Below are positions 36,469 through 49,160 of a stretch of DNA of 64,000 bases, piece after piece (positions within the stretch are counted from its first letter, which is position 1; each line of letters opens with the position of its first letter). Both the position numbers and the translations under genes were made by a program. Source of the stretch: Felis catus (lineage: Eukaryota); the NCBI RefSeq assembly GCF_018350175.1, contig NC_058368.1:28026001-28090000 (forward strand), read 5' to 3'. The notes under the pieces are model-generated. The model was not told the origin of the DNA and ran no database searches. It saw only the letters and a program-made list of their open reading frames with translations.

Positions 36469-38409
36469 ATGAAATATTTGTTCTTTTGATGGAATCTTGT
36501 AGATCATGTAGGTTTTCTTTCTCTTTCTCATTCTTTTTTCTTTGTTCTCCTCTATTTGGGTTATTTCAAAATTCTTATCTTCTAACTCACTAATTCTCTC
36601 TTCCATTTACTCTACTCTTTGAAGATACTCTGTATTGCATATTTTTATTTCACTAATTGAGTTCTTCAGCTCCAGAATCTCTTTTTGGTTCTTTTTTTTA
36701 TGATTTCTATATCTTCGAAAAAAAATCCCGTTTGGTGATGTACTGTTTCAAGATCTCATTGAATTATCACTCTGAGTTTTCTTGTAGCTCATTGAGTTTC
36801 TTCAAAAATAGATATTTTGAATTCTTTATAAGCTAGATCATAAAACTCTGTGGCTTCAAGCTCAGCTTTGGAGAATGTTATTTTCTTTTTGTGATGGCAT
36901 ATTTCATTGATTTTTCATGTATCTTACAGTTTTTCTACTTCAAATGCAAAAGAATTGTAGAAGACGGCTCCTTGAATCTTTGCTAGTTACCTTCTGACAG
37001 GGCATTCTATTCCATGCTGTTATTATCTGGGGTTTTATATTTGTATGGGTACACCTGCCCCACTCCTCTTGCCTCCTGTTGTGGCAGGATTCTTAAACTT
37101 TTATTCCTCTCTGGTTTTCACAAGTCACCAGGCTGGTTACCGGAATCCGCTTTGCTTTCCAGAAGGTGGCACTATAGCTCAAAGTTGTGGTTTCTCCCTT
37201 GCCTGTTTTCTGAGCATGCTCTTTGTCTACCAAAACTCTCACTGCCACATATGGGAGCAGGCACAAGGAGTTAGCCACAGAGTAGGGGAAGGCGTGGGTT
37301 TAGCATTTGAGGTGTTGGAGTACCCACAGGCCCCACTGACCCCACTGGGAGATCCACTGGCATGGTACTACCAGAGGCTCGTAGGTGGGCTTTCTGCCCA
37401 GCATAGTCAGTGGGAACCATGTCTTATCTGCCTCATTTCCAGTCAGCACCCCCCACCCACCAGCTGAGTTCCTGCTTCAGTCAGTATTCTGGGTGTTGCT
37501 GGAGAGAAGTGGGTTTCTCTAGCCATGACCAGCACAACTGGGGTCACCAGGCACTTACAACTATCCTTTTCCCTTGTAGGAGAGGTCACCACCACCCAAT
37601 AAATCAACCCTGGGCAGCTTTGCCTTGGGGTGAGGGAGTGAGGGGGTGAGAGGGTCTGGTAAACTTTCTTTTATCAACACTTTGCTGTGATGAAACTCAT
37701 ATTGTTTCGCAGTACCTTTGGATGGCTGGATTTCTGCCAATCCTCTCTCTTGCCCAGGTCAGTACTCTTCTCATTTTGTCCTGACTGCAGCAAGAGGGGT
37801 CTGGGTAGTTTTGCCTACTGCCCTGATTCTGCAGCCTATCTATACTAAGGTCTGTCTGCTTATTTTTGAATGCACAGGTGCATGTGACTCCTCCCACATT
37901 CCTGGGCTTATGGTGCTAACACCCACAAAGGCACTTTTGTTTGTAGAGGGATGTCTTTTTTGTTGTTAAAAAGGGAGGATAAAAGGGGGAAATGGCTTAG
38001 GACACCATGATGCTGATGTCACTGATAAGGCTATTCCTTTTTGAATCTGGGTTTTCAGCCATTGCTATGATAAATGTCAAGTACCTCATGAGAATCAATG
38101 TGCAACAGGAAATGAGAGTGGCTACGTCCAATCGGATTCCCAGGTGTAAGAAGATATGCAGTGCCCATTAGTAAGTAATTGTGGTTATTTAAGAATTAAA
38201 TAAAATAGTATTTGGCTTGGAATTCATGTGTACTATTTTTTTCAACATCATGAAGTTATTAAGACATAAATATTTATTAAGTTGTTTGGGCCTAGCCATT
38301 TTATAACTGGAACTGTTACATATTTCTTTGACCAAGGAATAGCATAAAAAATTTACTAAGACTCCAAGAGCACCAGGAACTGAGAATAGAGCGTTGTGCT
38401 AAGAAATAT

Positions 38410-38575
38410 TTAAGGGTCAAGCCCAGAAGTAGTATATATCACTTCCTTCTGTATTCCACTGGCCAGAATTTACTTAGGTAGCTACATCTGAGAGCAAGGG
38501 AGGATGGAAAATGTAGTCTTGCTGTGTGCCCAGGAGAAAAGGAACACAATGTGATGAAAAACCAGTCATTCCCTA
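38410..38575 (-). mobile_element. MLT1J/K-like LTR fragment
   Basis: cccagaagt...atcacttcc...attccactggccagaa...gcaagggaggatggaaaatgtagtctt. Confidence 0.7.
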
Positions 38576-38714
38576 CTGCAGAAATGAATGAGCAGAGGCA
38601 CAGAAGTGTCCCACATCTATAGTCTGAGTGCCCTAAAAACTGATAGAGCATATATTCTCAGTAACTCAGCATCCCCATTCTCCTTTCCATTTGACAGTTC
38701 TTGGCATCCGCAAA

Positions 38715-38739
38715 GCACGCGCGCGCGCGCGCGCGCGCG

Positions 38740-38789
<50 letters not shown>
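38715..38789. repeat. Compound microsatellite (CG)15(CA)21
   Basis: CG run 38718-38747 and CA run 38748-38789, both uninterrupted. Confidence 0.98.
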
Positions 38790-38790
<1 letters not shown>

Positions 38791-41700
38791 CATTGCTTCA
38801 CTTATTTCTCACAACCTCATGAGCTGGGCAGAACATGGATTATCTCCCATTCTGCAGATGAAGAAATAAATTGCAAACAACTGGATTCTTTTCAGTCATC
38901 CAGGTAGTGAGTGACAGAAGTCAGACCCAAATCCGAGTTTTATGCCATCTTAAGAGTTCTTTCCAGCACAGTCAACCGCCAGGCCAGTGAGAATTCACGG
39001 GACAGGTGGGGGCTTGTGTTTAAGGACAGGGACATGATGTGTTTGGCAGGGGACTGGGATAAGCAGGAATGAGCAAGAGGATTGTCAGACAAGTAGCCCC
39101 TGTTCTACAAGCAGAAGATGGTAATAATTTGGGGGACATAAGAGACTGTCACCCAAAGTACGTATGTTCTTCAGCTCCTCCTACCCTGGGCAAGCTCATA
39201 GAACGTGGCTAGCCTCACCCTCTCCCCAGCTTGGATTTGCTCAGGCTCTGCACAATTACAATGACAATTGATCAGGGAAAGGAGAGAGAACTGCCATGCA
39301 AATCTTATCTACCGGTTGAATTGCCTTATGACTTGAGCAAATTTGTCTTGAGGACTTTTTTTCTAATATAATTGAGTTATATTAGAAGCTATCTCTCTCT
39401 CTCTTTTTAAGCTCATCACCATAAATCGGGGAGGGGGAAGGGAGGAGGCTGGCCAAGAGCAGGGAAAAGCCTTTCTGAGGTCTGAAATCTACCAGTGATA
39501 GCTCATCATGTGAATAATTTTCAGATAGTCTATATAAACATTTGTCTACCAGAGGCGGTTGTTCAGCCACTTAAATTCTCTTCTGCCCCTGTAAACAAGA
39601 GGTAAGAAGCCGGAAGCACTGAACCTGAAGAAGTTGCAATCTATAGTTTTCTTTCTCTGAATGGTGGGCACGCAGTGAGAAATAAATGAACTATTGAAGA
39701 TAGCCGAGAAGGAATTCTCTTGCATGGCCAATCTTTATGTTATTGTATTTTCTGTTCACATTTATTTTCTTCTTCAAGCTTCAAATGAAAGTCATTAGAA
39801 GCCGAGATTTCATCACTGAGGAGGTCAGAGGCCAATTGACTTTCTGGTATATTCCCTTTTTTTGGCAGTCAGCTAAAATACGCCAGTTTGGGGGCGTGTG
39901 CTAAGACATGATTTGAGACCAGGCTCCGGGAAGAAAACTGAGTTCCCTTGTGCTTATCAGTGATTTATTGCTACTTGAACCAGAACTAGCTTGCCTGCAA
40001 AACTATACTTACAGCCAGGCCATTGAGTCTGACAGGGCCAAAGCTAAAATTATTGATGAAAGACTAAGGACCACATGTGAGAAGTTTATTCTTTTGCTGT
40101 GATTTCTAGATGTGCATGCAAGTGGCTCACGCAGAACATTTACACCCTGCGGTTTTCTCTAGTCAAAGACACAAGCACTTGGGGCTGGCGTGTGGAGGGC
40201 AGCACACAGAGTTCCTCGCTCTCGTTCCTGCCATTAGAGAGAAATCCTGCAGACATTTTCATTCTTGTAAGATACCTTCACAAGCATTCAGCGTGTGGTA
40301 CCAGTAATCCACTCGGCTCATAAAGATTCTTGGAGCACCGGGGAAACAGCGTGGTCCTTGTCTCTGAACGTAGAAAAGAAACATCCTGACGTTTTCAGTG
40401 ATTTGCTCGAACTCATTTAGCTGGGGAGAGGTGATCACAAACCAGACCAGAGTTTTCAAGGCCTGAGGAGAAGTTCCCATTGGCGCTCGAGCTTTGGCCT
40501 AACCTCGTCCCATTTCATTCCTCTGTCTACGTGTTCAGGAATCGAGACTGCTTGAGAACTAACATCTACCGTTTGCCAGGGTGGTGCAACATGCTTTGTA
40601 TGCATTGCATCACCTAGGCCTCCAAGCAACACAGAGGGTGACAATGACAGCACTGCTCAGGGTGGGAAGTAGTTGCAAGAGAGGCAAATTTGAACTGTTT
40701 GACTTCAAAATCCGAACTCCAAACCAGCATGAAGAAGCTCTGCCTGCTTTATCAGGCTGAAACAGTAACTTTCAACTCCTTTTGCGGCTGTGACACCTTT
40801 TCTCCAAGAACAGAATTTTGGGAGGTCACTTAAAGGGATGTTAGGATTAAAAACTGTACTACTTAAGTCAGAAGGCATTTAGATATCATCAATACTAGAT
40901 TATTTCAGGGTTTCACGGATTCCAGTTAAGAGTCCCCACAGTTCCTATACTGTTCACCTGGCAAAGCTTCAGCCTTGGATCAGTCCCTGTTTGGACAGAA
41001 CGGCTGTTGCCCTGACCAAGAGAACAAATTTCACACGTAACTCCAAAGAGCCCTGGACTTGCTTCGATGTTGCCTTGTTCTGCTGTCCCTTGTATCTCTG
41101 GAGTACATTATGCCCTGCACAACACGTAGCCACACAACAGATACAGCACGGTGTTCCCGCTGATGGTCATCACTGTTACAGGATATATTTTTAGTTATAA
41201 CACAGCATCGTAGTATAACAAAGCGTTGATGACATTTGACAGCCTACCTAAGAATGTAGCGGTGTGCTGACGCAGACCAAATAAAAGCTGCTGGTCTGAG
41301 GTCCCCCTGGACGTCACCCAGGTGAGCCCCTCTCCTTGTTCCGTAGTGCAAACAACTCAGTGCAGCGCCCAACCGCTTTCACTTTAAAGTGGCCCTCGTC
41401 GAGGCAGTGGTCTTGCCAAACAAATACAAAAAACCCGAGTTCAATATCTGAGTTTGCTTAGAGGAGAGGCGAGACATAGTTATGTATGACATAGACTGGG
41501 TCCTCCCTCCGTATATATATGGGCTTATGCTATGAGTACGTGTGGCCATGTGGTATGTTGTTCATACACCATGCTGGCATATATTCTAGTGTGTTCTTTA
41601 CATGTGACTTCTATCTATAGAACCATTTTGTCAGTTCCTGAAGAGAGTAAGATGCCTTCATTTCTTTGGCATCCTCCTTTCAGCCTTCATCCTAGCCGTG

Positions 41701-42624
41701 ATTTACAGTTCAGTGATGATCCCTGTGAGTTCCATGGTGTTATTGAAGACTGAATAATGTCTCTTAAGGCAGCACAGCACAATGGGATGGTGACGATGTA
41801 AAGACAATATAGCCCTTTAATTTATAGACCCTTGAAATTCTTGGGACCTGGATGGTTTTGTGATATTAGCGTTATTTAATGCCTCTAAGTTGCCATTTTT
41901 TTTATCTGAAAAAAAAAAGAAGACATAAAATCTACCTGGTAGTGTCATCATAGGAATTAAGAGTCAGTTGTGATGGCTGTCAGTAGAGTGGTTCTCCAAA
42001 AGAATCGATTACTGAGCAGGTGAGAGAATGAATGAAGTGTGATGGGTTACACCAGCCAAAACTCACATGCGTTGCGTCATTCTCTGTTATGATCTCTTCC
42101 CAACTAGGTGAGTCTAAGCAAATCGCTGAAAACTGGGTGAACTGTTTTTGTTTAAATAAATTGAATTTTTAAAACTTTAGGATTTTTTCTTTCCTACATT
42201 TAGAAACAGGGACCATGCTGTTTCCCTGGGTCTTCGGGGATCTTTATGAACCCAGTGGATTACTGGTAACACGTATTGAATTCCTTTGAAGGTACCCAGC
42301 ACAACACCTGACTCCAATGCTCTCAATAAATGATAGCAATTCTATTATTGTAACCACACGGTGAAGCTATTCGTCGGGGACAACATCTCTGGACTTAGGG
42401 TGGTGATCAAAGACAATAAAAATGTTCACTGGGTGAAATATTCTGGGGAGAAGAAGCAAACAAGCAGGATTATTTTTGTCTAAAGAAATTAGAAAGTACA
42501 ACTCTTGGTTAGTCAGCAACAGTCCTTAATCCCTTATGCATACCAAGGCTAGAATACAAAATATGAAAGAAATAAAGACCACGATGACTTCAGAACAGTT
42601 ACCAAACAACATAAAATTCTCTTA

Positions 42625-42825
42625 TTTTATAAAATATAATCTTTTATATATATTATGTATTACATGCATTTTATAATATATGTTACTCCTATGTATAATA
42701 TATATGTAATGCTTATATATGAATAATATACTATACTATACTATAATACTATAATATAGATACCTAATATATTACTACGTATATTACCATAATGTATTAC
42801 TGTCTATTACATATATATAATACTT
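42625..42825. repeat. TA-rich low-complexity tract including (ACTAT)n
   Basis: Read directly from the sequence. Confidence 0.8.
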
Positions 42826-42854
42826 CTATGAGATTAGGCAGCGCAAGACAAGTG

Positions 42855-44330
42855 GCTATTTATTTAATAAATATTTACTGAGCCCCTACTATGTCTCAGG
42901 GCTATGCTATATGGCTGAGATCCAATGATGAGCAAGGCATACCTGGTCACTGACCTCACTGAGCCCAGAGTCAATTACAGGATAGAGAGAAATAAACAGA
43001 GATTTTCTGTTGAGGACAATCCATGCTAGGCTAGGGGTAGGGTAGAATATTGCAGAAGCACATAGGAGACATATCTAACCTACTGGAAGGTGGGAAGGTG
43101 GAGGGGTTAGGGCAGACTTCTCAGGGGAGAATGATCTCTAGATTGCAGCCTGATGAGTATATAGGAGTTACCCAGATCACAAAAGATGGAAGCGTGTTCT
43201 AGGATATTGGAACAGCATATTTGGAGGACCAGAGATAAGGGACCCAACAAAAGGACATTTGAGAAAATAAAAGATACTCAGTAGGTGAAAATATGACTAC
43301 AAAAACCCTACACATGAGTGTTTACAGTAGTTCTATTCATAATCACCAAAACTAAAAAGGAGACTGGATAAACACACTGTGGTATACATGGTATATTATA
43401 TGGCAATAAAAAGAAATGAGCTAACGAGCCATAAAAAGGCCTGGGGGAACCTTAAATTCATAATACTAAGCAAAGGAAACCACATAGCATACGATCTAAC
43501 TATGTGACATTCTGAAAAAGGCAAAGATATGGGGATAGAAAAGATCATTGGTTGCCAGGAACTGAGGGAAGGGAAGGATTAAATGGGGGGATTCAGGTCA
43601 GTGCATCTATCCTGTATAATAATTTAATGGTGGATACATGTCTTTGTACATTTGCCAAAACTCATAGAATATACCACACAAAGAGTGAACCCTAATATAA
43701 GCTGTGGACTTTAATTAATAATAATGTATGAAAATTGGTTCACCAATTATAAAAGTGAACTACACTAATGCGCATGTTAATAACAAGAGAAACTGTGTTG
43801 GGGATAGTAGTTAGGAGTATCTGGGAACTCTCGGCACATTCTGCTCAGTTTTTCTGTAAACCTGAAATTGCTCTAAAAATTAAGGTCTGTTAGTGAAAAA
43901 GAAATTCGGTGTAGCTGACTCATTGAGGACCAGATACAGTGTGTTTGCCGGATGAAGGGGGCGGGGAATCATGTCTGGGGAAGAGATTGCAGATAGAGGC
44001 ACTTTTTGGATCATGAAGGGTCTGTCATTAGACTTGACCTGAAAAGCACCAGAAACCATTAGGTAGAGCAGTGATGGAATCAGATCTGTCTTTTAAGAGG
44101 ACGACTCTGACTGCAGTAAAGAGGAGAGTGCATTTAAGAGGAGGAAGGAGGCCAGGCAGGGAGGCCAGGTGCTATTATGGTCATCAGTGAGGGATACAAG
44201 TGGCCTACGCTGGAACCAGGGCAGAAAGGACACAGTGCAGGGGAGGGAGTAAGAGATGTGTCACCTGGAATCAACTTATCTGTTGGATGGCTGGGTATGG
44301 GAAGAGAGAAAGAAGATTTTGAGCAGGTTG
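42855..44330 (-). mobile_element. L2 LINE 3' region, interrupted by an L1 3' end at 43290-43900
   Basis: aaatatttactgagcccctactatgtctcagggctatgcta...atgagcaaggca...ggagttacccag; resumes with gatggaatcagatctgtcttttaagaggacgactctgactgcag. Confidence 0.75.
43290..43900 (+). mobile_element. L1MC1/2-like 3' end
   Basis: tgacattctgaaaaaggcaaa...aagagtgaaccctaatataagctgtggacttt...gggaactctc...ttttctgtaaacctgaaattgctctaaaaa. Confidence 0.85.
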
Positions 44331-44961
44331 TCGTAAGCGTATTTAAAATCGATCAAAACAACGCATGTAAAGTGTAAAAAGCATGTTGGCCAAAGTGGCT
44401 TCTAGAAAGGGAGAAAATGCAATCAAGTTCTTCAATGGGCCATTTTTCCTCCCTGTGGCTAACTGCCCACTCAGTTGGTCTTGGGGTGCTTTTTAGCAGC
44501 TGTACAAGGGCCTTTTCAGAAGCTATGGAAATCACTGGTAATTATTCTTCTAGTTTTCCATGAAATTTGAAGTATTTTTGATAGATGTCAACCAAGTGTT
44601 GAACAGGTCTTATGGCATTAAAAGATAAGAAAAAGCACTCAGAGCTTCTTCGGAGCATTTATTTGGTCTAACGCTCCTAGCTCTGAAAAAACTGTGGCTA
44701 TTGAACAAAATATTAGTAGTTAAATGTGAGGAAGAGAAATGAGGGATCCGTGCTCACTTATCTTTAAAAGAAAATAGCACATGTTGGTGCCTTAATCACA
44801 AAAATAATGTATACACAAAGTAGAAAAATGGAAAATATGGAAAAACACAAGGAAGAAAATACAGCTATTTGTACTATCACTCTTCAGAAATAGATGTTGC
44901 AGTACTTAGCTTTTCAGGGTTTTTTTCTACGCACCCATGCCTTTACAAAAACTGGTTTTGA

Positions 44962-45128
44962 GGGGCACCTGGGTGGCACAGTCAGTTAAGCATCTGACTG
45001 TTGATCCCAGCTCAGGTCATGAACTCTCAGTTCGTGAGTTTGAGCCCTAAATCAAGGCTGTGCACTGATGGTGGGATCCTGCTTGGGTTTGTCTCTCCTT
45101 CTCCCTCCTCCTCCCCAACTTGTGAGTG

Positions 45129-45161
<33 letters not shown>

Positions 45162-45183
45162 AAAATAAATAAATAAAAACTTA
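44962..45183 (+). mobile_element. CAN-SINE (first of a tandem pair)
   Basis: ggggcacctgggtggcacagtcagttaagc...(CT)n...aaataaataaa. Confidence 0.93.
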
Positions 45184-45349
45184 GGGGTACCTGAGTGTCT
45201 CAATCAGTTAAACTTCCGACTTCAGCCCAGGTCATGATCTTGTGGTTCACAAATTCAAGCCCCACATCAGGCTCTGTGTGGACAGCCCCGAGCCTGGAGC
45301 CTGCTTCCGATTCTGTGTCTCCCTCTCTCTGCCCCCTCCCCCACTAGTA

Positions 45350-45397
<48 letters not shown>

Positions 45398-45420
45398 AAT
45401 AAATAAAACATTTTTTAAAA
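45184..45420 (+). mobile_element. CAN-SINE (second of the pair, in the A tail of the first)
   Basis: ggggtacctgagtgtctcaatcagttaa...ctggagcctgcttccgattctgtg...(CT)n, A tail. Confidence 0.93.
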
Positions 45421-45529
45421 ACCTTAAAAATACATAAAGAAAATAAAAATTAGGAAGCAAATAATTTGAGATTATAAGGCGCTCGCTGGTTTGTTGTGTT
45501 CTGTTTTTTACCTGCACAACTGAGTTTTT

Positions 45530-47375
45530 AGGGTAGATTGAAACTACCGTACAAAGACCCCAAAACATGATGGCTCCATCAAGATACAAGCTTTCTGCTG
45601 TCTCATAGATAAATGCAGAGGTGGACAGGGGTTCCTGGGGTCCCCAGGTAGCTCTGCCACTGAGGCTGCCCAGGGACCTAGTCTTGCTCTCTTGTGCCAC
45701 ATCTCCCAGGGCATCGCTCTAATCCAGGTGGGTGAAGCAGGCCTGGTAGCCACCCATCACATTCCAGCCAAAGGGAAGGAGAAACAGATCAGATGGAAAG
45801 CAAACAGCTTCCTCTTTTAAGCATGGGCCCCGATAGTGGCTTACTTCTTTTCTGCCCACGTGTCATTTGCCAAAATTCAACCACGTGGCTACACTTAATT
45901 ATAAGGGAGGCTGGGAAAAGTGGGTCACCCATTGGCCAGCCATATATCTTGCAAAACCATAGCATGGGAGAGCTTTTACTAAACACTGAGGACAGTGCCA
46001 GCCTCTGTCTCGAGTCCCCCAGTTACTCATCTGTGCCTTCCTAAACATACGTAGAACATACCCACTCCTGCCCTCAAGGACTGTCTAAAGGAGCCATCCA
46101 GTTATTAAATCCAATTCACAGTTTAAGATTTCCGGGTGACATCAAATCGTCTCCATCAGGGTTGAAGTTTCCTGGGTCTGAAGACCTACAAACGAACAGG
46201 TATGATTTCTGGTGCCTTCCGCATACTTACTGTCCAACAGTGGAGTCAAACAGGAGAGCCGCAGTAAAAACTCCTATTTTGGAAAAAAAGGTGAATGGGA
46301 GATGGGACTGCTGTGGTCCTAGAGAAAGATGACGTCTCACTGGGAAGACATTGATCCCAGTGACAAGTCTGCCAGAGCCAACGAAGAAAATTCCTTGGTC
46401 TGTAGACACCAGTTCTCCCGTCTGGCAGAAAGTCTTTTGTCCACTGACCTCTCAGAGACTGCTTGCCCACTGAGTTCTGTGGCCACAGCTACAGTGAGTG
46501 TAGAAGAGCATGCTTTCCTTGGGGATGCACGACTTTCCCGGGGGTTGCCTTAGGGATCAGAAAATTACAAGCTTTTGCAGGCCAGGTCTGTGGTTTCTTT
46601 GATCACATAGTACTTTCAAAATTCTTAGCAGTTTTCTGGACTACTTGGCTACCAGTCATTTCCATAAACATGCAAGGATAACCAGAGGTCTTTTCTGCAT
46701 AAATCTTAAGTTTGTGAACACTCATTTGTTTGCCCATCTATTGATGAGCTGCCTGGACTATTTCTCTCTAACTCAGTTGCAACTTAGAGGCCGTCTGAAT
46801 TAACAGGCTCAGATGAGAAGACAATGTGCCTGATTCTGTATTTGCCTGTGGTTGCCTCCTATGGCCCCGGAGAAAGGTCATAGACACAGTTATTCTCTCT
46901 TTCTGTTTGTGGTACTGAAGCAGTCCAGTTTCCCAGCTCCACGAGGTCCAAAGTACTGGAATGCCAGTCAGGTCAGACTGTGGTCCCAGGCGCGGGGGAC
47001 ATCCTTGTCCAACCTGGATTTCCTTTCATCTCCAGTGGCAAACTGACATATTCTTGCCCAACGCCATCTCTGCCTTCCTCATTGCCTACTGAAAGCAACA
47101 AGGGACAGCCAACGGAAATCAACATTCTGATTTTGTCTCACTGTCTCCCCCCAGAGCTCCAAGCCTGGGAAGCATGTAAATCTGCCTTCAAAGTCATCAA
47201 CAGGGACCAGTTTTACCAAATGTTCTGCTGTGATTTCATAAAGGTCACCAGCTTCTCAGCTGGCAATATCTGTTTCCTCGCTGCCGATCCCAGGATTGTT
47301 AAAGGATCGATCTTAAGCACAATACATTTTAACACAATTGGTAAAAGACCACACACTTGTCGCAGTGATAGAGTT
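45530..47375 (-). mobile_element. MaLR (MLT1J/K-like) LTR plus internal region
   Basis: LTR-like tcatttgccaaaattcaaccacgtggctacact...aagggaggctgggaaa (to about 46010). Internal-like ttttaccaaatgttctgc...ggtcaccagcttctcagctggcaatatctgtttcctcgctgcc. Confidence 0.6.
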
Positions 47376-47745
47376 TAGGTTTTTGTTACTCCTGCAGGAT
47401 ACTATTTCTGATGCCAACTTACCTTTTGTTATGATTCAGACTACACTACTGTTACAAACGACCCCAAAATGTAGCATTGCAAAACAGATTGAGAACATCT
47501 TTATTAAGCAGTTTTTATATACATCTCTGGATGATTTACTTAAAAGAGATATACTTAGAAATGGAAATGTTATGTGTGAACACTTTAAAGGACTGACTAA
47601 CCGCCTTCTGGAAAGATTGTGGGAGTTTGTAATTCCAGCTGGAGTATGTAAATCTGCCTCCCCACCTAATCTCCAATACTTAAATATTTTTATATTTTAA
47701 AAATCTTCCCCAAATTAATACATTCTTGCCTCTAGAAGGGATTTT

Positions 47746-47780
47746 TTTAAAAATTTGTTTTAATGTTCACCTATTTTGGG

Positions 47781-47812
<32 letters not shown>

Positions 47813-47972
47813 AGGAGCAGGGGAGGGGCAGAGAGAGAAGGAGACACAGAGTCCGAAGCAGGCTCCAGGCTCTGAGCTGTCAGCACGGGCGCGGGGCTTG
47901 AACTCACGGACCATGAGATCATGACTTGAGCCAAAGTCAGACGCTTAACTGACTGAGCCATCCAGGCTCCCC
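47746..47972 (-). mobile_element. CAN-SINE
   Basis: TSD tagaagggatttt / tagaagagatttt (47733-47745 / 47973-47985). Confidence 0.96.
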
Positions 47973-48652
47973 TAGAAGAGATTTTCACTGCAAGAAATGA
48001 AATCACGAATTGCATTGCTGACTGCCTATAACAGTACTTTCTCTGAAAGACCAAAGCAAACAGGGTGATTTTTAAAGGGCTCTTCTTATTCAAAGGAAAA
48101 GTGTGGGGAGAAGAGTCAGGTTGGAGAATCTTAAATAAATTTTATGTTGTATGTGATTGTGTGTGACGCTTGTTTTCTGATCTAAAAAATAAATGCAATC
48201 TCACCATGAGAAATTGGGGGGGGGGAGGCGAACAAAAATACGAAGAAAATGAGAAATCACTCCTAATTACACCCCAATAGAAAACCGCCTTTTAATGGTT
48301 TATTGTCTATTCTTCTTCCTAAGGATTCATACTCACATTCACATTCATATTATTTACAAACTTGTTTTCTTGATACATATATCCTTTCAAATCCTTTCTC
48401 ACTGAAATACATATTTATACATTTTCCCATGATATTAGACATCCTTCAGAAATCTTTCAGTGACTACAGTATATGGTTATAAAATTACAGAAGCCAGTAT
48501 GTATTAAGTACTTACTAAAACAGCAGCAATTGAATCTAATCACTTGAAAAACAATATAAAAACAATTTAATCTCGCCGTCATCAACAAGGTTATACCCCT
48601 CCCTGTCGCAGCCTCAATTACTGTTCCCCTCTCTTCATCCCTCCCTACAGAG

Positions 48653-48863
48653 CAGCAGTTCTCAACCAGGGGCCAATTTTGCCCCCTAGGGGACATTTGT
48701 CTGGAGACATTTTTTGGTGATCACAAGTGTGGAGGTGCTTCTGACATCTAGGTTGTAGTGGCTGGGGAGGCTGTGAAAACATCTAATGATTCATAGGATA
48801 GCCCCTCACGTGAAAGAACTATCAGCTCCAAAAGGTCAGTAATGTAGGGGTTGAGAATCCGTG
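48653..48863 (+). mobile_element. MER20 hAT-Charlie DNA transposon
   Basis: cagcagttctcaaccagggg...ttttgccccctaggggacatttgtctggagacatttttt...gacatctag...ggttgagaatccgtg, with terminal inverted repeats. Confidence 0.9.
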
Positions 48864-48917
48864 CTGTGGAGTCTAAACCTTAACTGTGTGATTTTTTTTT
48901 TTAAATGCCTTGAGTTC

Positions 48918-49145
48918 GGGGCGCCTGGGTGGCTCAGTCGGTTAAGCGTCCGACTTCAGCTCAGGTCACGATCTCGCGGTCCGTGGGTTCGAGCCCCGCG
49001 TCGGCTCTGGGCTGATGGCCCGGAGCCTGGAGCCTGCTTCCGATTCTGTGTCTCCCTCTCTCTCTGCCCCTCCCCCGTTCATGCTCTGTCTCTCTCTGTC
49101 TCAAAAATAAATAAAGGTTAAAAAAAAATTAAAAAATAAATAAAT
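48918..49145 (+). mobile_element. Young felid SINEC (CpG-rich)
   Basis: Near-consensus body. TSD aaatgccttgagttc / aaatgccttgacttc. Confidence 0.98.
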
Positions 49146-49160
49146 AAATGCCTTGACTTC

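Larger units (their letters stand above)
34355..38023 (-). mobile_element. Old L1 (L1MA9/L1_Carn-like) with both ends present and a large internal ORF1-to-ORF2 deletion
   Basis: 3' UTR at about 34360, ORF2 C-terminal part to about 36030, ORF1-like sequence 36030-36930, 5' UTR-like region, and L1M-type start agtgacatcagcatcatgg (reverse complement of 38005-38023). Confidence 0.85.
34155..38396 (+). mobile_element. MER119-like hAT-Charlie element, split by an L1 (halves 34155-34354 and 38024-38396)
   Basis: Left half gtggtttccagactgtgc...gaattcacaggggtgtcac. Right half ctgggttttcagccattgctatgataa...aatcaatgtgcaacaggaaatgag...cccattagtaagtaattgtggttatttaagaa. The halves are collinear with the recalled consensus. 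Confidence 0.75.

Noticed and set aside
32698..41276. Two copies of tgctgacgcaga (MARE-like)
   Set aside because: A single repeated 12-mer in 64 kb is compatible with chance, and there is no supporting context.
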